Of a stretch of 64,000 nucleotides of DNA, positions 52,559-64,000 are shown piece after piece. Every line of letters starts with the position of its first letter. Position 1 is the stretch's first letter. The stretch comes from Balanoglossus misakiensis. Its lineage: Eukaryota > Animalia > Hemichordata. The stretch covers positions 186,001-250,000 of the forward strand of contig CM082582.2 of NCBI GenBank assembly GCA_040954595.2. The letters are read 5' to 3'. The notes beneath the pieces were generated by a model. That model did not search any database and had not been told where the DNA came from. It saw only the letters and a program-made list of their open reading frames with translations. Position numbers and translations under genes: made by a program.

Positions 52559-55500
52559 AAATCCTCCAGACATTATTCTGAAGAGAGATATGTATGCTTC
52601 CTGGCTGTTATTCATAAACTGGAACTCCACAGTGCGTGAGTTTTGAAACATGGCACCAAGTGATTGATGTGGGGAAAAAATTGACTCCAATCACCATCCC
52701 TTGATCAGGCCAAAGATCATGATATTGCCCTCGCTAACATGTGTTATTATTTAAATATTTCACCTCTACTTATGCAATGAATTAATGAATACAAAGTGTT
52801 GTAGGTCATCCAACACGAGAATGTCACTAACAAAATTATCATTGAGTTTCAAATCCCAAGTAACAGTGGACTTATATAGTTTATCACCCAGATGAAATTT
52901 TTTATCTAAATCTGCTTCTGTCGTATAAGGTTGCTTTGTTAAGACATACAAAGGGAAATGATTGCATTGCATGTACACTGTGTGCCTCTGGATGAAAGAC
53001 CAATCTGTGTACTTCCTTGATGGGTACTACCACACGTTGTTCAGCCAAGCTCATAATTTGTGTAATGTGTACCCTCCAAAGATACATCTGGAAGCACCCT
53101 AAAAATCAAATCGTTTATCGAAAAATGCTCACTATCCAACATGATCCAACCACAATAACCCCATTGACCTACAGTCAATTGTTTTAATTAGTTATTTGTA
53201 TGTGAGCTGTACACACCTCTTGCCATTCCAAGGCTCCGTGCCAAACAACACTTTTCTGCTGTTGTTGTTGTTGTTGTTTTTGTTGTTGTGGATCAACTTG
53301 CTGCTGGTGAGTCAACTTGATGCACTTGAGCTGTAGAGGGCACTGGTATGTCCAGATCCATCGGTAGTGAAGTACTGGTATTATCCTGTAATAACACATA
53401 CAAATCATGACTGTAAATAATTCTGTATTATATTATATCATGCTACCGTCCACAATTCTGATTGGATGAGAGCTCAATCCAGCGATGCTAAAATTAAGCA
53501 ATAAAACACCCCCAGCCATGGTATACCACGAGATTTTGACCAGTTCACAACATATACGCACTCGCTATCGCTTGTGCGTATATGGAGTTGAACTGATCAA
53601 AATCGAGTGGTATACCATGGCTGGGGGTGTTTTATTGCTATTATATTATGCCGTTATATTGAAACTTTGCATAAAACATTTTAAAAAGGCATTTTCTTTG
53701 ACTATGATATATGACTGTGGTATATTGCTAATATATCACGGTCACGTGTCGTGTCTCGACCAATCAAATAGCGTGATTTACACCATCAATATACTGGTAT
53801 AATATAATACTCAATAATGCACTGCTGAACTAGCATATGGCAGCAAAAATGTGCGGTTAAACCACAGTCGCGCATGTTTAAATCAAATAAATAAAACAAA
53901 AATACTGTTGAATGAACAGATGTTTCATTTTGGAACTGCTCTGTGAAAATATTTGTCACTTTGTCACGCGCGATGCCCGTCTTGTCACTTTTTGTCGTCT
54001 GCTTCATGTTTAATGCTCGATCCCGGCCGCTCGTGTTTTCATTCATCGTCGTCATGTTAGTTCACGATCGTAATTTCAGTTTCGGTAAGAAAATGACACT
54101 GATATGCCACAAAAACAATTGTTGATATAATATAATGGCAATAACCCCCGCCTCAGTCGGGTATACACTTGATTTGGGTACAATTTCCTCCATATAGCAC
54201 TCGCCTGACGGCTCGTGCTATATGTCTCGAATTGTACCCAAATATCGCGTATACCCGCCTTCAGTGGGGGTTATTGCTTAAATATCAATCACATGATCTG
54301 GCCATGTGACACAAAGCATTGTCATTTCCAGGTAATGGGAAAACAATATTGTGGTATCCCGTATAATATTTTTCCATATGTGTTTATACTTTAGAACCAC
54401 CAGACAGGTAACATGTATCAGTCATGGTGCCTCAACAGCATCTTGGCATTCGTCTGCACAGTCGTCATTTGCACCACATTGCTGAAATTCCCCGTTAGCT
54501 GGAAATTTGAATGCCAACGGAACTGCGTCTGATGTCATTGATATCAAAGAAAATCTTTATCTACTGGTCATCCAATGTCCTCAGTTAAGACATCAAGCTG
54601 CCATCTTCTGATGTCATGTTAGGTAACAAATTATACAAATGCAGTTCTATTAAAATACTGAAAAGTGATAAAATGTCACTTGCCAGGCAAAAGGGATAGA
54701 TGGGTATTATAACTCAGTTCATAACATAACATACCAATGACTGGTTTTGTACATGTACTTGTGGCTGTGTCAGAGTTCGAACAACATTGGTGCCAGTGGT
54801 GACAGGTGGATTCTTGCTAGCAGCTCACATTAGGTACTGTCGGTTGTGTTGACTGCACTCCTGTTTGCATCGATGACTGCATAAGTAAACAGAGTAGTAT
54901 TAAATCGTTATTATAGTATACCAGTATATTGATGGTGTAAATCACGCTATTTTATTGGTCGAGACACGACACGTGACTGTGATATATTAGTCATATACCA
55001 CAGTTATTTATCATAGTCAAAGAAAATGCCTTTTTAAAATGTTTTATGCAAAGTTTCAATATACTGGCATGATATAATAGCAATAAAACACCTCCAGCCA
55101 TGGTATACCACTCGATTTTGACCAGTTCAACTCCATATACGCACTCGCTATCACTCGTGCGTATATGTCATGAACTGGTCAAAATCTCGTGATATACCAT
55201 GGCTGGGAGTGTTTTATTGCTTAAATAACTCCAACATTAACTTTGGATATCAGCCGTGATGTCTTATTCTACTCTGTAAAACATTAAGAATTACCGTAAT
55301 CACGCCAATAATTCAACCAGAAACAAATGGCTGGAAATTCACAGTAGGCAATTACGCACTGGTCCAACACTTCGAGGTTATAGAATAATTAATTATCGAA
55401 AGAATAGTGGAAGGTCGAACTAATGACACGGTTGAACAGATGGCACGATCAAGGTACTCAGAGTTTGGTTTTCAAACAATGGTGTTCTACATATTGTTCA

Positions 55501-58500
55501 ACATTGTTATTGTTGAAAAATAAATTCTAGTCTGAGTTCATTTAATATACACAATGCCCATTACTCATGTACAAGTTCTGTTGAAAAGCTAAAGACTGAA
55601 CATTTCATAAAGCTATCCAGAGCTGAACAAGAAACTAGGGTTAATTCCTTCAGTGAAAAATACTGAAAAAAAAAACAAATGTTAATTTGCCTTTAGCAGT
55701 TAGCAGAAAATGTCACCAAAATTTTACCATGACATTGGCGTATTATACCATTGATAGGAGAATATGAAAAGGGGAACTTGAATATTTTTTTCCTCAGGTT
55801 TTGGCAAAGTATAATCAAACCAATCGAAATGACTGCAGTGGCAACATAACATATTTGACAGTCAAATCTGTGTTTGTTTCCACCACTATATAGTGGCCAC
55901 TTTGTTTCAATTCATGTACATGTACATTGCACATTAATTGACCCGTCTATAGAAGCCACCTGTCTATAAATGCCAGTTTAGGAAAGTCCCTTGACTGGCC
56001 AGTATAGACAGGTTTGACTGTACCTACCTCTTTGTGGCTGTGAATCAGTACCTGACCATCTCTAGGGTTTGGAGTTGATAGGATTCACATCAGCAATTGG
56101 TGGAGTCTTACTGAACTGACTAGCATTTGCCATTTGCATGATACCTTCTACGGCTTTCAGTGCAGCAGCTGGTGCCTGCTGGGAAGTCATCTTTGGTGGT
56201 GAAATTGCCTGTCCAAAAAGAGTAACAAACCTAGTTAGTATGGAGCATTATCAAGGCCAGTATTCAAACCACCATGTTTAATTCATGACTTCCAATTTTT
56301 AATTCGATGTTGAACTTGCAACTCTTGAAGTCCCATTTTCAACACACACACCGACATTTGGACAGGATTGGGTTTAGGCTTTTCACATTAATCTCATTAA
56401 AATTGGAATTGATCTCTGAGTCTGTGGCATTATCCAAATAAGTCTTTGCATTGACAGAGTGGGCTTCTAGCAACCAAAACAGAAGTTTTGAATGTGTTTT
56501 GAAAAAAATAGTCTACTTTAAAGGCAATGGTAAGACAAGGCTATGTGAAACAGTCAAAAAAAGCTTTCAATTCACAGGATGGGTAACTAGAAACAGCTAA
56601 TTTAAATCTCATAAAGTAGAAGATAGACCACAAGTGTACCTGGGTGGATGAAAATTGTCTCATGGAGATACTTGAAACAGTCACATTGGGATGTGTCCTG
56701 CTTGCTGTGACAGTGGATACTGGTTGGTTTGGAAAAGCGGTAGGCTGGGCAGAAGGCATTGATGTCCTTTGAACTTGGCCCTGCATCTGGGGCTGACTTG
56801 GTTGAGTCAGTTTCTGTTGAGAGGACGACAGTTTTTTGTGGAGACTGACTTCCAATTTGACTTGGTTGTCCAGGTGACATGTGACAGATGCTACTCAAGG
56901 CATATACAAATACAAGATGGCGTAACTGAATCATAGTAATCTTTCTCATGGTTTTCATACACAGTAAGCTACCATGGGTATACCACACTTAACTACCAAG
57001 TCTGGATTTGTTGCAATATGTCATGGATATCCCATAGGGTACTTTGACAGAGTAAATCAGACTGCATGAGTATTGGGTGATAAGTAATTATAACTTGGGT
57101 AATTAAAATAACCAGTGCCTGGGAAAGTCATTAAAACCTGCAACTTGATTTGACTTGGTCAGCCTATAAGTGCTTCCCACTTGTTACAACTTAGGATACA
57201 TCTGATTAAAGCCCATGAGGCTAAGTGATGTTTTTTTCAGGAGGTGCCCCTGCCTGAAATAAACATACCTTGGCAGAGCAGCTTTACATAATTCTACTAT
57301 ATATCACACTTCACTTGGAGGTGTAATTATGTGCGGACTTAATTTGACAATGGCTGGGAAGCAACACTGGAGACTTTACCTGGAGATGATCTTCCAACAG
57401 TTGATTTGAGAGGATTTGAGGTCATACCAGAGGTAGGCCCTGTAACCATGGTAACTGTTGATGCAGGTTTCCGTGGATGTGTTGTGGTAGTGGTTGTAGT
57501 GGTTGCTATGGTTGTAGGTTTCACTATGGCATCCTCTTTCGTATCACCACTAGACACAGATTTTTCTGAAACACAATCATTACAAAAATGGAGGATTATA
57601 GAGTTGATGTAAAATTCTGCTGTGGATTCACACAATGTCACGAAACTTGTCTTGAACCTGTACCAGTGTTTCATCCAGGATTTAACCATGGAAACTGATT
57701 GCCCACCTTCCAACAATTTTCAGGAGGATGTGTAATTCATTGGCCACGCATTGAAATGATGGGGAATAATAGGCTTGGCTTGTGCAAGTACTGCAACAGA
57801 ATACACTGCATCACTCGCGAAATAACTTCTGTAAGCCTCAGATCGTGTGCAGAGGTCATGAAGTTCTGGCATATTTAGTATTAGCCAACCAAGAGCGAAT
57901 AATAATATGTGATGTGTAATAAATATTAATAAAAATATTACAACCATTTTACGGAAGTACCGATTTAGGGTAATGAAAATTTTAACAACCACAAAAAAGG
58001 TGTTCTACATCACCACAATATGATGAATTGGTTGTCAATGGCCATGTAAACAAGTTGTATATTTGTCCTTTGAACTTTAGAATCTGGATTTTATGATTTC
58101 AAATATTTGCTTAGCAACAGATACCCAAGCAGTCACGCAGTTACACCCATTGGAAAATGGTATCACCCACACCAAGGTGGGTGGAAGTTGGTCCTGGTGC
58201 TTTTTTTCCCATGATTCAAATTACAGTAAACGCCATATTAGAAATTCTGCCAACTTTCCCTCGATTTTGTAAAACAATCTGACGACTTATACATGACGAA
58301 TATTTTTTTTTCTGAAAGAGTGACCTCAAAGCTACCAAATTATGTAGAAATTACCTGGACCGGATTTCCCCTTTAAGGATAGATTGTTCAAGACAAAAGT
58401 AATGGCTTGAATAGAATATTACATGCACATTTCTATTAAGGACACCTCTCTATTAAAGGGACAAAGTCTCTCTCTCGCTGCCCATTTTTCCATTAATAAT

Positions 58501-59110
58501 GTTTGATACAAGACACTGTTTATGTTAATGTACATGTGTATATGTAGTGAATGAACGTTCAACCATACACAACTTCCATCCCGCGTGTATGATATGGGAG
58601 TAAAAACTCACCCAAAACGAATAAATGGTAGAGACTGATTATTCATTTTGGCGAGTTTTTTCACTCTCATGTCCACAAGCAGTATATACTTTGTGTGTGG
58701 TTGAATGTTGATTCACTATATATCCACATGTAGAATAACATAAATAGTGTCTTGTAACAAATATAATTAATGGAATAAGGGGCAGCGAGCGGGAGAGAGA
58801 GCCTGTAACCCTTAAAGGACATGTTGTGTGATCCCAGAGGTGCCCTTACTAGGCAGGTTTCAATGTACTTTACACGTGAGTTGTACTTTACTGTCGGTAT
58901 GGAATCATTTCCTGGTTGACATGGTGAGCTTTACATACAGATAAACCACCTCAAAAAGTGGGGGCTATAACTAGAGAATGATCTTTAACCTCAGAATTTT
59001 ACCATAATTACCTTGAATATCGTAAACTCTTCATATCGTCAAATAACTGCAATGCAGTACTCAGACCTTCAGAAATCATACTGTATTTCTCACCTGCTCC
59101 TGACAAAAAT
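52559..59110 (-). pseudogene. MED25: MED25 fragment, copy B (VWA exon 59012-59110; S/T/P/Q-rich exons ~57380-57565, ~56640-56890, 56028-56208, 54759-54876; ACID exons 53217-53385 and 52559-52666)
   Basis: [12 protein letters not shown] is intact; a linker exon reads APAAALKAVE. Linker exons have stops or frameshifts, and the acceptor of the last ACID exon is mutated CAG>CAT. Assignment of the low-complexity exons to MED25 is positional. Confidence 0.85.
53491..55224. mobile_element. Two inverted copies of a hairpin element (~53491-53803 and ~54910-55224) plus a related hairpin at 54138-54278
   Basis: TTAAGCAATAAAACACCCCCAGCCATGGTATACCAC... occurs in both orientations; each copy contains a ~140-bp palindrome. 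Confidence 0.7.
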
Positions 59111-59274
59111 CTGAAATACAACACAGTACAATTATTTAACAAAAGGTGTATGTAAACAATGTCTACTCCGATTGTAGACAGATTTTGTTAAACATTTTAT
59201 GAAACATTTAAAGGTAGGAACCTCTAATAAAAGCCAGTGAGTCAAAGGACAAAACTGAGACAATGTCCCTTTAA

Positions 59275-59359
59275 CCCTTTCACCCCCAGTTCCTTCTATA
59301 CAGGTTGAACCTTTTCATAGATAACAATGGGTTTAGACTGAACCTTGGTTGTGAAAGGG
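59275..59359. mobile_element. Tiny piggyBac-like MITE
   Basis: TTAA CCCTTTCAC...GTGAAAGGG TTAA. Confidence 0.65.
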
Positions 59360-61149
59360 TTAATGGGCTTCCATAATGAGTGTTCTTTAAAATAAGAGGG
59401 TGTTACTTAAGGGTTATTACACTAAGTTTTGCCGATAACGCATCATATTTGAGTGATGTCCGTATTATGGACATCACGAGGATGCATCACGTTATCGACC
59501 AAACTTAGTGTAATAACCCCTTTATCATACATGAACAGTAACCCATTGCCAAGTGTGACAGGGTGATGCGATCAGGTGATCAACGTATAGGCCGTAGTAT
59601 CATTCTAAGAGGGTTGGTAGCTTTCATTATGATGGGGCATGTGATTCAGGTCCCCCCCCCCATCTACCTTAGCTGAGCTTTGGATCGCTTCGCCAAAGTT
59701 TATATGACAAGGGTGTTAGCCCATTCCTATAACATTTGGCTAGCTATATCGTTTATTATTAATGAATTAATTAATATGACTGACTGACTGACTGACTGAC
59801 TTAATGGATGAATGAATCAATCAATCAATCACCCAGACATGGCCTGGAAGGATTCACCCCCTGTTGAGATGTTGGCACCCCCTAGCAAATTGTCATGGGT
59901 GGGGTGGTCAGTGGCCCTTAAAATGATGTCACTCACATGATAGAGATATTAATTACATAACTCTTTTCCAGAGTGTGCTCTATTTACAGTCTGCACTATA
60001 TACAGATACATGTGTAATGATATTTCAATTACTTTTGGAATCACAGGACAGTAGAAAGGTTGATTGAACAAAAGGTTTTTGAAATTCACTCACCATGTAT
60101 TGGAACAGCTCTTACAGACATCACATCATCATTCAACGCTAAATCTTCGTAACTTTTACATACTGTTAATATAAATATAATGACTTTTCTTTAAATATCA
60201 TCCAAATATTACAATGTTTCTAGCAATTTCATAAACTGCATTAAGATAATACTGTGTGTATGATATATACTTTGTGGATAGGATACAGATCTTTGCTTAT
60301 TACCAAGAATATAACACCATGTGTTTGGATTTTAAATGCAGTTCGGAGCTGACTGTGTTGCATTTTGACTGCAAAATTAAAATATTTAGTTACATTTCCT
60401 TGCATTTAGTGTTGAAAATGTCACTTTTAGCTTTAAAATGAGCACTGATATCTATGGAACTAGGAGAATTGTGCTTTCTACAACATACAATATTTACATT
60501 TAATCAAACAACAGGAGGATATTTGACAGTCAATCAATAAATATGACATACATATGAGTTGCATGTACAAAACTAGACACATGTATGCATGTGATATTTA
60601 AAGGGACATTAACTGTAACATATGCTCTACCCAGAACTCCACTTGTCAACATAATCTGTATGTGTGTAACGGCTATTTAAATGAATTCTAGTCCAGACTT
60701 GAATTCAAATTTAGAATAACAATACTGACTAGACACACCTATATTTCATCATGATTCAGGGATCTGAAGAAGACACTGCAGTAAATACTTAAAACAAAAA
60801 TATTGAAAACAAAGTGAAAAGTTGTACAGCTAATGAAGCTTGAAATATGTTCAGACACAAGTAGAACAGGCAATGAAAACACATTATAAACATTGAGAAA
60901 AACACCCAAAGTAACATGTACTACCGGTATCTATGGGGGCTGTTCTGGTCAAAATTGTAGTTTATTACTAAAACATGTTAGAATTAATTTTATAAAGCCT
61001 GGAATTAATTTTACCAGTATGTAGAATTATTTTTTATGTGCTTTAATTATCTTTTGTAGTCATGCAGAAATCATTTTATGTGTTCTAAATAATTATTTTA
61101 GCTTATCTTTGTTAGAAATAATTTTGCCAACAATATCTCAAATAATTTT

Positions 61150-61306
61150 TACGTGTACAATCGAATTAATTACAGGTGTAGTGTCGAATTAATTTTACGT
61201 GTTGTGTCGAATTAATTTCACGTGTAGTGTCGAATTAATATCACCTGTTTGGTCAAATTAATTTCACGTGTTGTGTCGAATTATTTTACGTTGTGTCGAA
61301 TTAATA
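61150..61306. repeat. ~22-bp degenerate tandem repeat (GTGTAGTGTCGAATTAATTTCAC)
   Basis: About 7 imperfect copies. Confidence 0.8.
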
Positions 61307-61456
61307 TTGCCCTTAGAATCCTTTCCGCGTAAATCAAGATGGCGGCGGCTGAGCATGTCTTTCTCGCTGCATAAAGTTCAAAAAGGGGCCGTTGTACAAG
61401 TTGTGAGACGTTTTGGGGCGATTTGCTGTCTAATATAAATGCAGTGTGCTCGAAAA

Positions 61457-62860
61457 CGACGATCGGTGCACGAGTTTTGGTCTACAGACAGAATTTTCTA
61501 GTCAAACCACTCAAAACCACTACCAGTTGGTGTAATCGCCAGCCTTGCTATGGTATAGCCTAGCTCTGCGTACAGTGTTCTTGGCGTGGAGGCCGTGTAA
61601 CGCCGGGAACACACAGACCTGTACGCAGAGCTAGCTGTTGCCCCGCGTTGCCAGTTCACCTAGATTGAATAAATTTTGACATCTGAAAATACGAAAATTG
61701 TGTTAATTTGTTATTTCCCGAACTAAGAAATAGCTGTAGGGCCAGACCCTGGGAAACGACAAATAAAGTATTCCTTAATATTTCCTTGTAAACTCAAGTT
61801 TTGTGTAAATAAATTTGAATTAAAAGGACAAAGTCTCTCTCTACATAACCATATTTATTGGAAATTTGATAGCTTGCATTCTAGATTTACCTCTGGAGGG
61901 GGGGCAGGGGCAAGAGAATTCAATTTTTTTACCGCTAAATTTCACATGCCCACCGTACACAACGAGAAATATTTTCAAATCCCCCCTTCCGAACTGCCAA
62001 AAATTTGAAATTCCCCCATTGTGTCCAAACACATCACCTATCTATCTTGTAAAAAAGAAAAACTTGTTTTTATTTTTTAAGTATTTGTATTCTGTGCTGG
62101 GAGACATTGAAAAACCGAGAATTGAAGGGGATTTTATAAAATACAGAGCTCAAAGCTGCATTTTAATGAACCTGGCAAAAGCAAATTAACTCAACTACCG
62201 GTATGTTGGGGAGGACAAATTTAACTGTCGCCGCTCAAAGTTATCATTGGGTGGGGGCAAGACCCCTGACCTGGGACACTAGCTAAACCAGTCAATGATT
62301 GAAAGGTGTTGATGAATGGAGGGGGTGGGTATTAGAAAATTTTGTAAAATAAAGGGAGCAAAACTGTATTTTTGTGGACTCAAAATAAATATTTAGTCGT
62401 CAAAGTTTTCAAGTCGCCCCTTTCAGTCCCTAAATTATTTCAAATTCCCCCCTTACATACCCTCAATTTTTTTTCAAATCCCCCCCTCAATTCTCCCCCC
62501 CCCCCCTGCAGAGGTGTTTGTGAATGCAGCCCTACTGTCTATGTATCTCTGTTTACGTCTATGGTGTGGGGTAACACAGAAACATAAACAAGTACAGAGA
62601 TTGTTCAGCAAGTAATGTTAATTGTAGAAAAAAGTATATCAGAACAGCGTTAATGCAAAGTTCCTCAAGAAAGAGGGACTTTAGTGCTTAATGTTAACAG
62701 CTCCTTATGGTGTAACTAGGCCTTTACCGATACCGGCGATGCCTCCACACCATAGTACCACAGCTCACTAGCATTGCCATAGGCAATGCTGGCGATTATC
62801 CCAACTGCGTAGTGACTAGAAAATTCTGTCTGTAGACCAAAACTCGTGCACCGATCGCCG
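61457..62860. repeat. Inverted repeat pair, 61457-61504 and 62813-62860
   Basis: CGATCGGTGCACGAGTTTTGGTCTACAGACAGAATTTTCTAGTCA and its reverse complement. Confidence 0.8.
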
Positions 62861-64000
62861 TTTTCTAGCACGGAAGAAAACGCCTAGAAAACGCCGTTTT
62901 CTAGGAGGAAGAGCTCCCTGTGGTCTTCCCATAAACGTTGGAATCACACTGCAGTGGTCGCCTGATTCAACCAGTAAAGGTCACATGAGGTCATCAATTG
63001 TTGTCGGTTTTCTGGTTGAATATTCTCTGAAAGCACGCCTTAACATTGATATTTTGCAATTGGTGTCAGTAGTCATGAACTTTAATGTATGGAGCATCAC
63101 TCGGCCCCAGTTACTGAGTTGCGATAGGGCGAAATCAACAGCGGAAACTGATTGTCGATCGTCTATGTCTCAAGCTTACCTTGTTTACGGACTGAATCAG
63201 GGGACTGCAGCAGCGTTATTTCGACGAATGTGATTCTACCCACACATTAAGTCGTGAAAACTATCTGTGATATCTTAAAACACACTAAATACTGTAATGT
63301 TTCAATACTCACTGCGCCAAATATGTATATAGGAATAATGATGGTGGACAGTGTGGGGGGCATGACTTGCAGAAAACAGCTGGTTGCTCGCTCCTTGGCT
63401 TCGCATGTTTTCCGCTATTCTTTCACAGAAATATTGACACTGTCCTGGATGTGTAACGAACACTGGCCAAGTAACGTCCATAGAAAAGGCGACATTGGAG
63501 TTGACGACAGAAAAAATGTGCCATTAAAACGAACTGGCAGATTCGCTAGCCTGCATCTCAAATGTGTTTACAACGAAGACGCTGTAAGGGGTCAAAGTCT
63601 ACGGGTCGAAGGTCAGCAACAGCGTCCTCGTGGGGTATATTCTGCGGGACAATCCCTCTTTCTGGAGTGTCCAACGGAAGAAGCGGGTGGGTCTGCTTCT
63701 TCCGCTGCACTCTTTTTTGGGAGCGCAGCGGAAGAAGCAGAGGGGTCTGGGTAACCAAACTTGTTATCTGAGGTATACAAGAAACTTGAGTAAACAAGAG
63801 ACAATTTCAAAGATCTTTGAAAACACAGATGAGAGCGAAATAGGTCGATAATAAAGGTCGCACCATTCTAGATTTCATGAAGTAATTGTAACTAATAACC
63901 TGCAATTGCTGAATTTTAACGAAAAGAAATAAAAAAAATCAACAAACTGACTCTATTATGTAACGCTTTGTGTAAATTGGTACATTAGAGTTGAGTTGAT

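Larger units (their letters stand above)
37917..59576 (+). repeat. Tandem segmental duplication, copy B (~21.7 kb)
   Basis: Colinear with copy A. Retains 53722-57927, which A lacks, and lacks A segments 18760-20343, 25883-28519, 31252-32046 and ~33008-33860. Confidence 0.93.

Noticed and set aside
57610-57720. Plus-strand CCGFTQCHETCLEPVP resembling a WAP domain end
   Set aside because: Too short, with no supporting splice sites or remaining cysteines; could be chance.
61335-61348. CAAGATGGCGGC (YY1-like) as the MED25 promoter or start
   Set aside because: It is oriented opposite to the MED25 exons and lies within repeat-like sequence where this motif is common.

Overview
AT-rich, intron-rich eukaryotic (animal) genomic DNA. 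The repeat repertoire suggests a marine invertebrate, but the taxon cannot be proved from the sequence. I find no intact protein-coding gene. Instead there is a co-oriented (minus-strand) set of decayed spliceosomal exons from at least four unrelated genes: ten phase-1 exons of an unusual 8-cysteine EGF-like repeat (115-6526), six Ephrin_rec_like/GCC2-GCC3 Cys-repeat exons (7347-11963), calcium-binding EGF exons, and VWA, linker and ACID/PTOV exons of Mediator subunit MED25. A ~21-kb block holding the MED25 and cbEGF exons is tandemly duplicated (copy A ~15317-36636, copy B ~37917-59576), with 1.3 kb of repetitive filler between the copies. In both copies a cbEGF intron holds a large decayed Academ-type DNA transposon (DDE core, XPG/PIN-like nuclease, Cys8 finger). 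Its transposase carries an in-frame OTU-type cysteine protease domain, the most novel-looking element here. The rest is a dense, nested set of non-autonomous DNA transposons (P-like, Merlin/MULE-like, Kolobok-like, Transib/RAG-like, AcademH-derived, Harbinger-like, hairpin elements) and L2-type LINE fragments. All translations and alignments were done by eye; family assignments rest on recalled motifs, not database searches.
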